This document shows, piece after piece, positions 48,749-63,020 of a stretch of DNA of 64,000 nt. The stretch is from Escherichia coli. Its GTDB lineage: Bacteria; Pseudomonadota; Gammaproteobacteria; Enterobacterales; Enterobacteriaceae. The DNA lies in assembly GCF_044647545.1 (NCBI RefSeq), contig NZ_CP172818.1; one strand, 5' to 3'. The notes under the pieces were generated by a model. That model did not search any database and was not told the DNA's origin. It saw nothing but the letters and a program-made list of their open reading frames with translations. The position numbers and the translations under genes were made by a program. Every line of letters starts with the position of its first letter. Within the stretch, counting starts at the first letter, position 1.

Positions 48749-48911
48749 CTTCCACTCTCCTGGGCTGGCAGCAAAAATTCCGCTTAAGTTCTTATGACGC
48801 TCTTCACACTCTGCGAGTGTAGACTCAATGATTCCTTTAAGTCTGTCAATTCGGGATATATGATTCCATACATCTGCAATTATTTGATCGTAAATAGTAA
48901 GGTCACCACCG

Positions 48912-49808
48912 ATGCAACTTGAAAAGATGATTACCGAAGGCTCGAACGCCGCCTCGGCTGAAATTGACCGCGTATCAACGCTGGAAATGTGCCGGATTAT
49001 CAACGATGAAGATAAAACCGTGCCGCTTGCCGTTGAGCGCGTACTGCCGGATATCGCCGCGGCGATCGATGTTATCCACGCCCAGGTAAGCGGCGGCGGG
49101 CGTCTGATTTACCTCGGTGCGGGAACATCCGGTCGTCTGGGGATTCTGGATGCCAGCGAATGTCCGCCCACCTACGGCGTGAAACCAGGCCTGGTAGTTG
49201 GATTAATTGCTGGCGGCGAATATGCCATTCAGCACGCGGTGGAAGGCGCGGAAGATAGCCGGGAAGGTGGTGTTAATGATCTGAAAAACATCGGATTAAC
49301 CGCGCAGGATGTGGTGGTTGGCATTGCGGCCAGTGGTCGCACGCCGTATGTGATTGCCGGGCTGGAATACGCACGCCAGCTCGGCTGCCGTACAGTGGGA
49401 ATTTCCTGTAATCCGGGGAGCGCTGTTTCCACCACCGCTGAGTTTGCTATTACGCCGGTGGTTGGGGCTGAAGTGGTCACCGGTTCTTCGCGGATGAAAG
49501 CAGGCACGGCGCAGAAACTGGTGCTCAATATGCTTTCCACCGGGCTGATGATTAAATCCGGCAAAGTGTTCGGCAACCTGATGGTCGATGTGGTCGCCAC
49601 CAACGAAAAACTGCATGTGCGCCAGGTCAATATCGTCAAAAACGCTACCGGATGTAGCGCAGAGCAAGCGGAAGCGGCATTGGTTGCCTGCGAGCGCAAC
49701 TGTAAAACGGCCATTGTGATGGTGCTGAAAAATCTCGATGCCGCAGAAGCAAAAAAACGCCTGGATCAACACGGCGGCTTTATTCGTCAGGTTTTAGACA
49801 AGGAATAA
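48912..49808 (+). CDS. murQ: N-acetylmuramic acid 6-phosphate etherase
   Basis: 298 aa SIS-domain protein; divergent from murR. Confidence 0.93.
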
Positions 49809-49811
49809 CCC

Positions 49812-51236
<1,425 letters not shown>

Positions 51237-51240
51237 TAAT

Positions 51241-52542
51241 ATGAAACGGACAATGCTCTGCCTTTCTCTGCTGGCTGTCAGCTGTAGCGTCAGCGCCGCA
51301 AAATACCCTGTTCTGACAGAAAGTTCGCCAGAGAAAGCAGGGTTTAACGTCGAACGGCTTAATCAGATGGATCGCTGGATAAGCCAGCAAGTTGATGATG
51401 GTTATCCCGGCGTAAACCTGCTGATTATAAAAGATAATCAGATTGTTTATCGCAAAGCCTGGGGCGCGGCGAAAAAGTATGATGGCAGCGCGTTAATGGC
51501 GCAGCCGTTAAAAGCCACCACCGGGACGCTGTATGATCTGGCCTCAAACACCAAGATGTACGCCACTAACTTCGCCCTGCAAAAGCTGATGAGCGAAGGC
51601 AAACTGCATCCTGACGATCGGATTGCGAAATATATTCCAGGGTTTGCCGACAGCCCGAACGATGCGATCAAAGGCAAAAACACGCTGCGGATTTCTGATC
51701 TGCTGCATCACAGCGGCGGTTTCCCGGCAGATCCGCAATACCCGAATAAAGCGGTCGCGGGCGCGTTATATTCCCAGGATAAAGGCCAGACGCTGGAGAT
51801 GATCAAGCGCACGCCGCTGGAGTATCAGCCCGGCAGCAAGCATATCTACAGCGATGTCGATTATATGCTGCTTGGATTTATCGTCGAGTCGGTTACCGGT
51901 CAGCCACTTGACCGCTATGTTGAAGAGTCGATTTATCGCCCGCTCGGCCTGACGCATACGGTGTTTAATCCGCTACTGAAAGGCTTTAAACCGCAACAAA
52001 TTGCCGCCACGGAACTCAACGGCAATACCCGCGATGGCGTGATTCACTTCCCGAATATCCGCACCTCCACTCTCTGGGGTCAGGTGCACGATGAAAAAGC
52101 CTTTTATTCGATGGGCGGTGTTTCCGGGCACGCAGGTTTGTTTTCCAATACCGGCGATATTGCGGTGTTAATGCAAACGATGCTGAACGGCGGTGGCTAT
52201 GGTGATGTGCAGCTGTTCAATGCAGAAACGGTGAAGATGTTCACCACCAGCTCTAAGGAAGATGCCACTTTTGGCCTTGGCTGGCGCGTGAATGGTAATG
52301 CCACCATGACGCCGACGTTTGGCACGCTGGCAAGCCCGCAAACCTACGGTCACACAGGTTGGACCGGGACGGTGACCGTTATCGATCCGGTGAATCATAT
52401 GGCGATTGTGATGTTAAGCAACAAGCCACATTCGCCAGTTGCCGATCCACAAAAAAATCCCAATATGTTCGAAAGCGGTCAGCTACCGATTGCAACTTAT
52501 GGTTGGGTAGTTGATCAGGTGTATGCGGCGTTAAAGCAGTAA
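51241..52542 (+). CDS. yfeW: penicillin-binding protein 4B (class C beta-lactamase fold)
   Basis: ATG at 51241 gives MKRTMLCLSLLAVSCSVSAA signal peptide; SxxK-type motif ASNTK; the ORF-track frame extends 29 codons upstream into murP. Confidence 0.88.
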   Translation: MKRTMLCLSLLAVSCSVSAAKYPVLTESSPEKAGFNVERLNQMDRWISQQVDDGYPGVNLLIIKDNQIVYRKAWGAAKKYDGSALMAQPLKATTGTLYDLASNTKMYATNFALQKLMSEGKLHPDDRIAKYIPGFADSPNDAIKGKNTLRISDLLHHSGGFPADPQYPNKAVAGALYSQDKGQTLEMIKRTPLEYQPGSKHIYSDVDYMLLGFIVESVTGQPLDRYVEESIYRPLGLTHTVFNPLLKGFKPQQIAATELNGNTRDGVIHFPNIRTSTLWGQVHDEKAFYSMGGVSGHAGLFSNTGDIAVLMQTMLNGGGYGDVQLFNAETVKMFTTSSKEDATFGLGWRVNGNATMTPTFGTLASPQTYGHTGWTGTVTVIDPVNHMAIVMLSNKPHSPVADPQKNPNMFESGQLPIATYGWVVDQVYAALKQ

Positions 52543-52548
52543 TAAAAA

Positions 52549-52575
52549 GGCCAGTCAGTGTGTTACTGGCTGGCC
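52549..52575. terminator. hairpin terminator between convergent yfeW and yfeX
   Basis: ggccagtcagtgtgttactggcc with a T-run on the minus strand (for yfeX) and a weaker T-tract on the plus strand. Confidence 0.55.
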
Positions 52576-52598
52576 TTTAATCAATGAATCAGAAACGC

Positions 52599-53582
<984 letters not shown>

Positions 53583-53593
53583 TCAGACGCAAA

Positions 53594-54169
53594 TTAACGC
53601 CGCCAGATAATTTTACTGACTTTCCAGTTTTTCAGGGTATCGTCCGAAGGCATTAACCCTTCAGGGCCACTCCATTCCCCGCTGAACTGGTAGCTAATAT
53701 GTTGACTGCCTTCGGCTTTACATTCGACGGCACGATTATCATCACTGTCGGCCTTTTGGCAATTGCCAAATGCTTTGCTGTAAAGGTCACTAAACGGTGT
53801 ACCGATTTTAACACCGGTGTCAGCAGGAATATCGCTATCCAGCACATCAATGCGGCTGATCGTGCCTTGATCACCGTTAATCACCATCGCCACGTTGTCG
53901 CCTTTCATCACTTCAAAAAAGCGCACCACGTTGCCGTTCGCGGTTTTCATTCCGCTGCGCAGGCGATAATCGCCATCAAGCGCATCAGCAATGGCTTGTT
54001 CTTGCAGTGGTGTGGACGCCGTTAATTCACCCACGCCCTGCTCGCTCACTTTGGTGGATGATCCAAACCAGTTCCACGGGTTAGCGGCCGACCAGTTAAC
54101 TGACGACATCGTGGAACAGCCGGTCAGCATCAACGGCATAGCGCATAACATTAAACGCAGCGATTTCAT
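53594..54169 (-). CDS. yfeY: predicted outer-membrane lipoprotein (DUF1131)
   Basis: 191 aa; lipobox LTGC in MKSLRLMLCAMPLMLTGCSTM. Confidence 0.85.
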   Translation of the reverse strand: MKSLRLMLCAMPLMLTGCSTMSSVNWSAANPWNWFGSSTKVSEQGVGELTASTPLQEQAIADALDGDYRLRSGMKTANGNVVRFFEVMKGDNVAMVINGDQGTISRIDVLDSDIPADTGVKIGTPFSDLYSKAFGNCQKADSDDNRAVECKAEGSQHISYQFSGEWSGPEGLMPSDDTLKNWKVSKIIWRR

Positions 54170-54229
54170 GTCACTTCCTTTGGTTATTCAATAACGTTGC
54201 TTGGAGTGCAAATTCACCAAAAAGTGCCG

Positions 54230-54685
54230 TTATTCTTTTTCTTCATTAAAACAAGCGCGTAAACGTCGATTGGTCAGCAGCCAGATTAACGCCACGATAT
54301 CCGCCACTACCAGCGCCAGACCGATACCGCTAACGGATTCACCGTTCAGCCACAGCCACGGTTGCCAACAAAGTAAAACCACCTGCGCCAACAGCAACAG
54401 AAAATAGAGCACATGCCAGATACGGGGAAATGAAGCCCGCCGACCACTCAGCAAAAATGCCAGCACCGCCGGAATACCGGGAATCAACCCCAGCCAGAAA
54501 TTATCGTGATCGGGATAAAACAGATTTAGCAGCGCAGTACCCTGCTCGCGCGACGCACCGGCAATGACAAACAGCACCCAGGTTCGCGCCTGAAGCAATA
54601 GCACAAGCCAGAAGAGCAAGGGTAAACGCAGGCGACCGTGCGCATCATAATGGACAGGATGAAACTCAGTACTCTTCATCTTCAA
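54230..54685 (-). CDS. yfeZ: inner-membrane protein of unknown function
   Basis: 151-aa frame (the true start may be 2 codons downstream); four hydrophobic helices. Confidence 0.78.
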
Positions 54686-55091
54686 TCAAACGCTTACCCA
54701 GACTCAGTACGTCGGCGTGTTCATATCCCAGGCGTTCATACATTCCGAGCACCATGTCGTTATCTTCCGGCACGTTGATCTGAATTTTCGGACAGCCGCG
54801 AGCAATCAGCTTTTTCTCCAACCGATTAAGCAACGCATTAGCAATCCCACGCCCACGAAACTCTGGATGCACGCCAAGATAATAAGCAGACCCGCGATGC
54901 CCGTCATAACCGCCCATCACCGTTCCGACCACTTCACCGTTTACCTCAGCGACCAGAAACAAACTGACGTCATGGTTCATCTTACGCTCGATGTCCATTT
55001 CCGGATCGTTCCACGGACGCAGCAAGTCGCAACGCTCCCAAAGGGTGATGACCTCTTCGAAATCTTCCTGGCGAAATACGCGTATCTCCAT
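54666..55091 (-). CDS. ypeA: GNAT-family N-acetyltransferase
   Basis: Reverse-strand ATG at 55089-55091 gives 141 aa [21 protein letters not shown]...; acetyl-CoA binding motif [10 protein letters not shown]. Confidence 0.85.
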
Positions 55092-55304
55092 GGTATTCGT
55101 TACCTTTTTGCGGGTTAAAAGGCTGATTATGGCGTGAACGGTCGAATTAGCCAATATCTGACGAAAATCGGTTGAAAAAGTGGCATAATGGGGAGTTGTC
55201 AACTATTGAAATGAAAAGTAAAACAATTCTCAACAGCAAACGGTCGTAACGGATTACGCGATACGATATAACATCTGGAACTTTATTATTACAACTCAGG
55301 CCGT

Positions 55305-56174
55305 ATGAGCACTTTTAAACCACTAAAAACACTCACTTCGCGCCGCCAGGTGCTGAAAGCCGGTTTGGCTGCCCTGACGTTGTCAGGAATGTCGCAAGCC
55401 ATCGCCAAAGACGAACCTTTAAAAACCAGCAACGGACACAGCAAGCCGAAAGCCAAAAAATCTGGCGGCAAACGTGTCGTTGTTCTCGATCCAGGCCACG
55501 GCGGGATTGATACCGGAGCGATCGGACGCAACGGTTCGAAAGAAAAACATGTGGTGCTGGCGATTGCTAAAAACGTCCGTTCCATTTTGCGTAATCATGG
55601 CATTGATGCGCGTTTAACGCGTTCTGGCGATACGTTTATCCCACTATACGATCGCGTTGAAATCGCCCATAAACATGGCGCAGATCTGTTTATGTCAATT
55701 CATGCCGATGGCTTTACCAACCCGAAAGCTGCCGGTGCTTCGGTATTTGCCCTCTCTAACCGCGGTGCTAGTAGCGCAATGGCGAAATACCTGTCTGAAC
55801 GCGAAAACCGTGCTGATGAAGTTGCCGGTAAAAAGGCGACTGACAAGGATCACCTATTGCAGCAAGTGCTGTTTGATCTGGTGCAAACCGATACTATTAA
55901 AAACAGCCTGACGCTCGGCTCGCATATTCTGAAAAAGATTAAGCCGGTGCATAAACTGCACAGCCGCAACACCGAACAAGCCGCGTTTGTGGTGTTGAAA
56001 TCGCCGTCGGTTCCGTCGGTGCTGGTGGAAACCTCGTTTATCACCAACCCGGAAGAAGAGCGGCTGTTAGGCACGGCGGCGTTTCGCCAGAAAATCGCCA
56101 CAGCGATTGCCGAAGGAGTGATCAGTTATTTCCACTGGTTTGACAACCAGAAAGCACACTCGAGAAAGCGGTAA
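55305..56174 (+). CDS. amiA: N-acetylmuramoyl-L-alanine amidase A (Tat-exported)
   Basis: 289 aa; twin-arginine signal SRRQVLKAGLAALTLSG; amidase_3 domain. Confidence 0.93.
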   Translation: MSTFKPLKTLTSRRQVLKAGLAALTLSGMSQAIAKDEPLKTSNGHSKPKAKKSGGKRVVVLDPGHGGIDTGAIGRNGSKEKHVVLAIAKNVRSILRNHGIDARLTRSGDTFIPLYDRVEIAHKHGADLFMSIHADGFTNPKAAGASVFALSNRGASSAMAKYLSERENRADEVAGKKATDKDHLLQQVLFDLVQTDTIKNSLTLGSHILKKIKPVHKLHSRNTEQAAFVVLKSPSVPSVLVETSFITNPEEERLLGTAAFRQKIATAIAEGVISYFHWFDNQKAHSRKR

Positions 56175-57077
<903 letters not shown>

Positions 57078-57082
57078 CTCCC

Positions 57083-58135
57083 TCACCCCCATTCCCGCAT
57101 CCGCTGATGCAGCGTCAGTGACGGCTTCTCGGCAAACAGTTGCTGATAATCCGTGGCGAATTGCCCCAGATGCCAGAATCCCCACTGCATGGCGGCGTCT
57201 TTTACCGTCATACTTTGCGACCACGGGCTTATCAGTTCGCGGCGCACGGCGTTCAGGCGAATGCGTTTCAGCCACGCGTTTGGGCCAATGCCTAAAATAG
57301 CGTGAAAAGCGTTTTGTAGCGTGCGGCGGCTGACATGTAGTTGATTACACAAGTCCAGCACCGTCACCGGTTCGGACATGTTTTCCAGCACATATTCACG
57401 GGCGCGGGAAAGCAATCGACGGTAACTCTGATGACTGATGCTTTCCGCCGTCACCATTGGCTGCGCTTCTTCCAGCATCGCCCCCATCGCCATTAGCAAG
57501 TTATCCCCCAGCACTTTTCGCACTGCAGGCTGATGGAGATTTTCCGGGTTCTCGCAAAACGTCGCCAGCGCCTGTTGGACAAAGCCCCACAGAGCGGCTT
57601 TATGCTGCTCTTTCACTTCCAGCGCCGACTGGCTACGCAGCATATGTAATACCCGATCCGGATTATGCAAAAAGTTAGCCTGACGAGTGATGACATCTTC
57701 AGAAAGCACTACGCCCAGGATCGTGTAATCGTCCGGCGTACTTAATTCAAACTCGGTTCCACCCGGGCGCGTCGCAATTTCTGCGCTTCCCAGACATTGC
57801 GAACCGATAAATCCCTGCTCACCGCGCGTCGCCGGAATGCCAAACCAGAACGAGTTCGGCCAGACCAGGCACGACTGACGCAGCGCCAGACCAGTGTATT
57901 CACGAAAAACCTGAATATCATCGAGTAGAATTTCCGTAAATTCACCATGAAACTTGCCCGGATGCAGCTGATCGTAAATCTGCTGCCAGGCGGTAATTGT
58001 CAAAGCATGTTCATAGACATCCGTTGTCTGTCGTTGATGAACATTATCCACTTCGACCTTCGGCGTGAGCTTCAGGTTTTCGGGTAAGGGTTCATGATAA
58101 AGATGGTGCAAATTGGCTGTACGGGTCTTTTTCAT
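57083..58135 (-). CDS. eutR: AraC-family activator of the eut operon
   Basis: 350 aa; C-terminal AraC HTH; last gene of the eut operon. Confidence 0.92.
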   Translation of the reverse strand: MKKTRTANLHHLYHEPLPENLKLTPKVEVDNVHQRQTTDVYEHALTITAWQQIYDQLHPGKFHGEFTEILLDDIQVFREYTGLALRQSCLVWPNSFWFGIPATRGEQGFIGSQCLGSAEIATRPGGTEFELSTPDDYTILGVVLSEDVITRQANFLHNPDRVLHMLRSQSALEVKEQHKAALWGFVQQALATFCENPENLHQPAVRKVLGDNLLMAMGAMLEEAQPMVTAESISHQSYRRLLSRAREYVLENMSEPVTVLDLCNQLHVSRRTLQNAFHAILGIGPNAWLKRIRLNAVRRELISPWSQSMTVKDAAMQWGFWHLGQFATDYQQLFAEKPSLTLHQRMREWG

Positions 58136-58180
58136 GATGTTAATGCCGGGTGTTGTAGGACACCCGGCACCTCCGACAGG

Positions 58181-58681
58181 TTAATGGGGCTTGAGACGAT
58201 AACGACTACTGCGTTTACGTAACGTCCCGGCAGAAAAGAGCTGTTCGAGCGCATTTCTGGCTTTTTCCAGCGGCCAGCCAAAGTGGGCTGCCACTTCTCC
58301 TGCCGTCATTCCCTGACGTACTGATGTTAACAGCGCCAACAACTCGTCAGCAGATTCCGCGACGATAACTGGCGCGTCGGGTTCCTTTACGGGTTGCTTC
58401 GGCTGGCGGTTAAAGCCAGTAACCAGCCACTGGGTGTCATCGTCTGGCCGACCGATCTCCTTACGGCTGATGACACGCCCGGTACGCATCGCGGCAGCAC
58501 AACCTGCGTCCAGCGCCGCACGACACGCCGCCAGATCGCCTTCCACCACCAGCGTTAGGCGACCAGGGTCAAGCACTTCATGGCTGAGCAGACGAACGTT
58601 AGCTGCTTTGAGCATGGCATCCGCTGCATCTATCGCGGCGACCATGCCGTCAACTTCCAGCAATCCCAGTGCATTGATCAT
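58181..58681 (-). CDS. eutK: ethanolamine microcompartment shell protein EutK (BMC domain plus C-terminal nucleic-acid-binding-like domain)
   Basis: Reverse-strand ATG at 58679-58681 gives MINALGLLEVDGMVAAIDAADAMLKAANV (BMC fold). Confidence 0.88.
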   Translation of the reverse strand: MINALGLLEVDGMVAAIDAADAMLKAANVRLLSHEVLDPGRLTLVVEGDLAACRAALDAGCAAAMRTGRVISRKEIGRPDDDTQWLVTGFNRQPKQPVKEPDAPVIVAESADELLALLTSVRQGMTAGEVAAHFGWPLEKARNALEQLFSAGTLRKRSSRYRLKPH

Positions 58682-58693
58682 CGGCAACCTCCG

Positions 58694-59353
58694 TTACGCA
58701 CGCTGGATTGGATTACGCGCGATTTCCAGCACTGCATCGGTAAAGGCGTTACAGGCTGCTTTACACGCGGCCTGGCTACCGGTTAAAAATGCTGCCGAGT
58801 AGTTGGTTTCAGACGGTGGCGGGACATAGGTCACCAGCTGCACGTCGGCAGATTTCAACGCTGCATCAATGCCGTAGGTCGCTTCCAGCGGCGGTGCCAC
58901 CAGATACGCCATCGGATCGCCAAGCGTGATCCCGGCGGTTGATGAGAGATAAGAACCGGTACGCGAAACGACATGTGCCAGGAAGGCTGTGTTTTCTGCG
59001 TCATTAGCCCACTGGAAAGCAGCGCCATTTTCAATATTTGCAACCATCGCATCCAGACCAGCACGCACTTCCGCCGGGTTTGGCCCACCCAGCATAATCA
59101 GCACCTCACCGGCAGTCGGTGACGGGCCGTGTGCAGCGCCCGCATACAGCGAGCGACCATATACCACTTCGACCATCGCCTGCTTGGTCGCTTCGTCAGC
59201 CGCAATGTAGGTGACGTCATCTGAATCAGCAGAAATCAGCCCGAGGCTACGAATATGCGGCGGCAATTTCAGTTCACGTGCAAATTCGGCGTTAACGGAG
59301 GCAATCACCCGCATGGCGGTTACCGACGGTCGAATCAAATCTAAAGCTGGCAT
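58694..59353 (-). CDS. eutL: ethanolamine microcompartment shell protein EutL (tandem BMC)
   Basis: 219 aa, [20 protein letters not shown]... Confidence 0.9.
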   Translation of the reverse strand: MPALDLIRPSVTAMRVIASVNAEFARELKLPPHIRSLGLISADSDDVTYIAADEATKQAMVEVVYGRSLYAGAAHGPSPTAGEVLIMLGGPNPAEVRAGLDAMVANIENGAAFQWANDAENTAFLAHVVSRTGSYLSSTAGITLGDPMAYLVAPPLEATYGIDAALKSADVQLVTYVPPPSETNYSAAFLTGSQAACKAACNAFTDAVLEIARNPIQRA

Positions 59354-59362
59354 GATGCCTCC

Positions 59363-60250
59363 TTATCGGGTCATGTTGATGCCGGATGCTTTCTGCTCCA
59401 GCATACGTTTCGCCAAATCCACAATGACGGCTGCGGCTTCAACCGGCGGCGTGCCGCCCTGGTGAATGTTAGAGATACAGGTGCGATCGGCCTCAACGGT
59501 GGTCGCCATACGCGGCGAATAAACGGCGTAGCAGGAGAGGCTTTCTGACTGCCCCAACCCCGGACGTTCGCCCACCAGCAGGATCACTACTTTCGCGCCG
59601 AGGATCTCACCGATCTGATCTTCAATCTTCACGCGACCATAACGAACAAAGAATGGCGTGCCGACTTTCAGCCCGGCCTGTTTCAGGCCCGCCATCAGCG
59701 GCGGCAGGATCTCTTCGTAGTTCACGGTGATCGCATCAGTTGACAGGCCATCAGAAATAACGACCTGCACGTCCGGATTAGCAACACACTGTGCTTTCAG
59801 CGCTTCAACAGCTTCTGCACACAGGCGGCGGCCCATATCCGGGCGAGTCAGGTAGAGATTTTTGTCGCTGATTTCGGAGCGGACTTCCAGCAAGCCCTGC
59901 GCTTTCACCCACTCTTCCGGTACTTCTTTCAGAACGGTATCTTTCGAACGAGAGTGATCGGCCAGGAAACGCAGCAACGCCTGGGTACGCGGACGCGGAC
60001 CGGCACGACCGGTACAAACACGGGCCACGGTGCTGCGACGCAGTTCTGTTAATACGTCTGCGCGATGCGGGTTTTCAACACCAATCCACGCTTTTGCTTC
60101 CGCAGAACCTAAATCCAGCGCGCAGCTTTCCGAGGTCACCGGTGCCGCACAGGTGGTGGTGGCGCACTTTGCTTCTGACGGCGCGGGGGCCGCTTGTCCC
60201 ATTGACGCCATCACGCTGCGTACAATTTCTTCAATCTGTTTTTGATCCAT
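59363..60250 (-). CDS. eutC: ethanolamine ammonia-lyase small subunit
   Basis: 295 aa. Confidence 0.93.
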   Translation of the reverse strand: MDQKQIEEIVRSVMASMGQAAPAPSEAKCATTTCAAPVTSESCALDLGSAEAKAWIGVENPHRADVLTELRRSTVARVCTGRAGPRPRTQALLRFLADHSRSKDTVLKEVPEEWVKAQGLLEVRSEISDKNLYLTRPDMGRRLCAEAVEALKAQCVANPDVQVVISDGLSTDAITVNYEEILPPLMAGLKQAGLKVGTPFFVRYGRVKIEDQIGEILGAKVVILLVGERPGLGQSESLSCYAVYSPRMATTVEADRTCISNIHQGGTPPVEAAAVIVDLAKRMLEQKASGINMTR

Positions 60251-60270
60251 GATGTGTTATCTCCGCGTCA

Positions 60271-61575
60271 TCAGAAGAACAGTGACGGATCGCCCGCCCG
60301 TTTGGTCAGGCGACCGTTTGCCATAATGCCCATGCTTTCCAGCCAGCGTTCAAACTCCGGTGACGGGCGCAGATTCAGTAACTGACGCACAGTGGCAGTG
60401 TCGTGGAATGCGGTGGTCTGATAGTTGAGCATGATGTCATCACCCAGCGGCATCCCCATGATGTAGTTGCAGCCTGCGGTGGCGAGCAGGATCATCAGGT
60501 TTTCGTTGAGGTTCTGGTCAGCGTCAGCGTGGTTGGTGTAGCAGCAGTCACAGCCCATAGAGATGCCGCTCAGCTTGCCCATAAAGTGATCTTCTAAGCC
60601 CGCGCGGATAATCTGGCGGTCGTTGTAGAGATACTCCGGCCCAATAAAACCGACCACGGTGTTGACGATAAACGGATCGTAATGACGCGCCAGCCCATAG
60701 TTACGCGCTTCCATCGTCACCTGGTCAGCGCCGAAGTTAGCGCCAGCGGACAGCGCCGAACCTTGTCCGGTTTCGAAGTAGAGGCAGTTTTCCCCGGCGA
60801 TACGGTTAAACTCTGCACCCACTGCGCGCGCTTCGTCGAGCATCGCCAGCTCCACGCCAAACTCTTTCAGCCCTTTTTCGCTGCCGCAAATACTCTGGAA
60901 AATCAGCCCGCCCGGTGCGCCGCGACGAATCGCTTCGATCTGGGTGGTGACGTGCGCCAGTACGCAGCCCTGAGTTGGGATGTTGAATTTGTCGATCACG
61001 CCGTAGATGGTGTCCAGCACGCGGCTTAAGTTTTCCACGTCGTCCGTCACCGGGTTGACGCCGATCACCGCATCGCCCACCCCGAAGGAAAGCCCTTCGT
61101 AGATTTGCGCAGCGATACTTTGCACGTCGTCACGGGTGTCATTTGGCTGCAAACGGGCGCTGAAGGTGCCCGGAATACCAATAGTTGTATTGGCCTTTTT
61201 GATTACCGGCATTTTCTTCGCGCCGTAGATCAGGTCCGCGTTAGAACTGATCTTCGCCACCGCCGCGACCACTTCCGAGGTCAACCCTTTGCGAGTAAAG
61301 GCAATGTCGTCAACGCTGGTTTCGTCGCTCAGGACATACTCACGCAGTTCGCTGATGCTCCAGTTTTTAATCTGGTTGTAGGCCGTTTCGTTAACATCGT
61401 CCTGAATCAGCCGCGTCACGCAGTCATCTTCATAGGCAATCACCGGATTATTGCGGATGTCCGCTACGGTCATTTCCGACAACACCTGCTTTGCCGCCAC
61501 GCGCTCCTGTGAGCTTGCCGCAGCAACGCCCGCCAGCACATCCCCCGAACGCAGTTCGTTGGCTTTAGCCAGCAC
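60271..61575 (-). CDS. eutB: ethanolamine ammonia-lyase large subunit; start taken as the GTG at 61573-61575 (434 aa), N-terminal extent uncertain
   Basis: 434-aa frame with AAGGA 10 nt upstream of the GTG; the frame stays open upstream into the eutA 3' end with no ATG/GTG/TTG. Confidence 0.88.
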   Translation of the reverse strand: MLAKANELRSGDVLAGVAAASSQERVAAKQVLSEMTVADIRNNPVIAYEDDCVTRLIQDDVNETAYNQIKNWSISELREYVLSDETSVDDIAFTRKGLTSEVVAAVAKISSNADLIYGAKKMPVIKKANTTIGIPGTFSARLQPNDTRDDVQSIAAQIYEGLSFGVGDAVIGVNPVTDDVENLSRVLDTIYGVIDKFNIPTQGCVLAHVTTQIEAIRRGAPGGLIFQSICGSEKGLKEFGVELAMLDEARAVGAEFNRIAGENCLYFETGQGSALSAGANFGADQVTMEARNYGLARHYDPFIVNTVVGFIGPEYLYNDRQIIRAGLEDHFMGKLSGISMGCDCCYTNHADADQNLNENLMILLATAGCNYIMGMPLGDDIMLNYQTTAFHDTATVRQLLNLRPSPEFERWLESMGIMANGRLTKRAGDPSLFF

Positions 61576-61616
61576 CTCTTTTACATCCTTAAACTGATAT
61601 ACATTGCCGAAAGCCC

Positions 61617-63020
61617 TCAGGAAGGAAATGCGAGTGATTTCACCGTCACCGGCACAACCGATCCGCCAAAAAGAGGCGTACCAATGTCGATATAGTCCCC
61701 CGCGCGGACAATCACTTCGTCAATGACTGCCAACGGGAGTTGTTGTAGCTGTGGGCGCAACAACATGCCCAGAGCTTTACCAAAGTCCTGCCCGGCCACC
61801 ACCAGCAGGGGATGCGGATTCGGAAAACGCGCGACGAAATCGACCAACGCGTTGATGACCGTCAGTACCGCGGCGTAACGCACAGGCAGCGAGGCGGGAA
61901 GCGCCAGCACGTACGCATCAGTTTTGGGATCAAGATCCAGTTGAATCAGCGCCTGTTGCCAGGCACTCACCAGATCCTTTTCATCAATTGGGATCGCCAC
62001 CGGCAAGTTGCGCAGCGGCAGTTGTACGCCCTCCAGCCAGATTGTGCTGCCAGAGAGCGAAAGGGTATGTGCACCCGCGCCAATCACCGTGGCGCGCACG
62101 GTTTGCGCCGGAAACTGCACGTTCATCTCACGCAGGCGCGGATGGTCATGCAGCGCCGTTGCCAGAAGCGGGCCAATATCGGCAAAACAGAACGGGTCGG
62201 CGGGCTGGTGGCGATAACATTCGCCCACGCCGCCAGAAAGCGTAATGATTTCGGGCGTAACACCTGCGGGCAGCAAACCGGTTTGCATTAATGCCTGCGC
62301 GAGCGGCGAAAGCGTTCCGTCAATCACTTCGACAATCAGCTCTGCCATCCGCCGGGTAACCTGCACCAGCTGCGCGCCGGTCAGCGAACGGGCGTCGGTG
62401 CCTGCGCCGAAGCACTCATCCACAATCATCTGCCCCGGTTTATGAGCGTAAACCACGCGCCCCTGGCTGTCGGTTTCCAGCAGGCGACCGCCGACATTGA
62501 GGCAGGCGGTGCCGCTGATTTTTCCGGCATCGAACAGGGCGTAGTTCGCGGTACCACCGCCGATGTCGATATTCAGTACCCGACACAGCCGTTGTTCAGA
62601 AAGGGTTTGCGCCCCGGCACCGTGACCGGCGATCACGGATTCGAGATGCGGTCCAGCGCTGGCGACGACAAAATCGCCCAGCGACCGGGAGAGCGTCATC
62701 ACCGCCGGGCGAGCGTTGCGGTTTTTCGCGCTTTCACCGGTGATGATGATGGCACCAGAATCAACGCTTTCCGGCGCAATGCCCGCAGCCTGATATTGCT
62801 CGAGGATTAAGGTTTTCAGTTCCGCTTCTTTTAAACCACCCTGTTTATCGACAGGGGTAAAGAACACCGGGCTTTGCCAGCTAATTTCGCGTTTGATGAA
62901 TTCGTAGCGCGGCACCTGCGACACCGCCGCACGGTTAACCAGCTCCAGGTGGGAGAAAATCACCTGGGTGGTGGTGGTGCCGATATCGATACCGACGCTC
63001 AGTAGCTGGCGAGTGTTCAC
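61617..63020 (-). CDS. eutA: ethanolamine ammonia-lyase reactivating factor
   Basis: 467 aa, GTG start at 63018-63020 overlapping the eutH stop (GTGA); ASKHA-fold ATPase motifs (IDIGTTTT). Confidence 0.92.
   Translation of the reverse strand: MNTRQLLSVGIDIGTTTTQVIFSHLELVNRAAVSQVPRYEFIKREISWQSPVFFTPVDKQGGLKEAELKTLILEQYQAAGIAPESVDSGAIIITGESAKNRNARPAVMTLSRSLGDFVVASAGPHLESVIAGHGAGAQTLSEQRLCRVLNIDIGGGTANYALFDAGKISGTACLNVGGRLLETDSQGRVVYAHKPGQMIVDECFGAGTDARSLTGAQLVQVTRRMAELIVEVIDGTLSPLAQALMQTGLLPAGVTPEIITLSGGVGECYRHQPADPFCFADIGPLLATALHDHPRLREMNVQFPAQTVRATVIGAGAHTLSLSGSTIWLEGVQLPLRNLPVAIPIDEKDLVSAWQQALIQLDLDPKTDAYVLALPASLPVRYAAVLTVINALVDFVARFPNPHPLLVVAGQDFGKALGMLLRPQLQQLPLAVIDEVIVRAGDYIDIGTPLFGGSVVPVTVKSLAFPS

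Noticed and set aside
47763-49003. Longer N-terminally extended ORF-track frames (murR 370 aa to 49003, ucpA 285 aa to 47828, also xapR, fryB, nupC, lpxP, yfeW, yfeX, ypeA, cysM, ypeB)
   Set aside because: Internal start codons have better SD sequences and give lengths matching the known proteins; the extensions would overlap divergent promoters or upstream genes.
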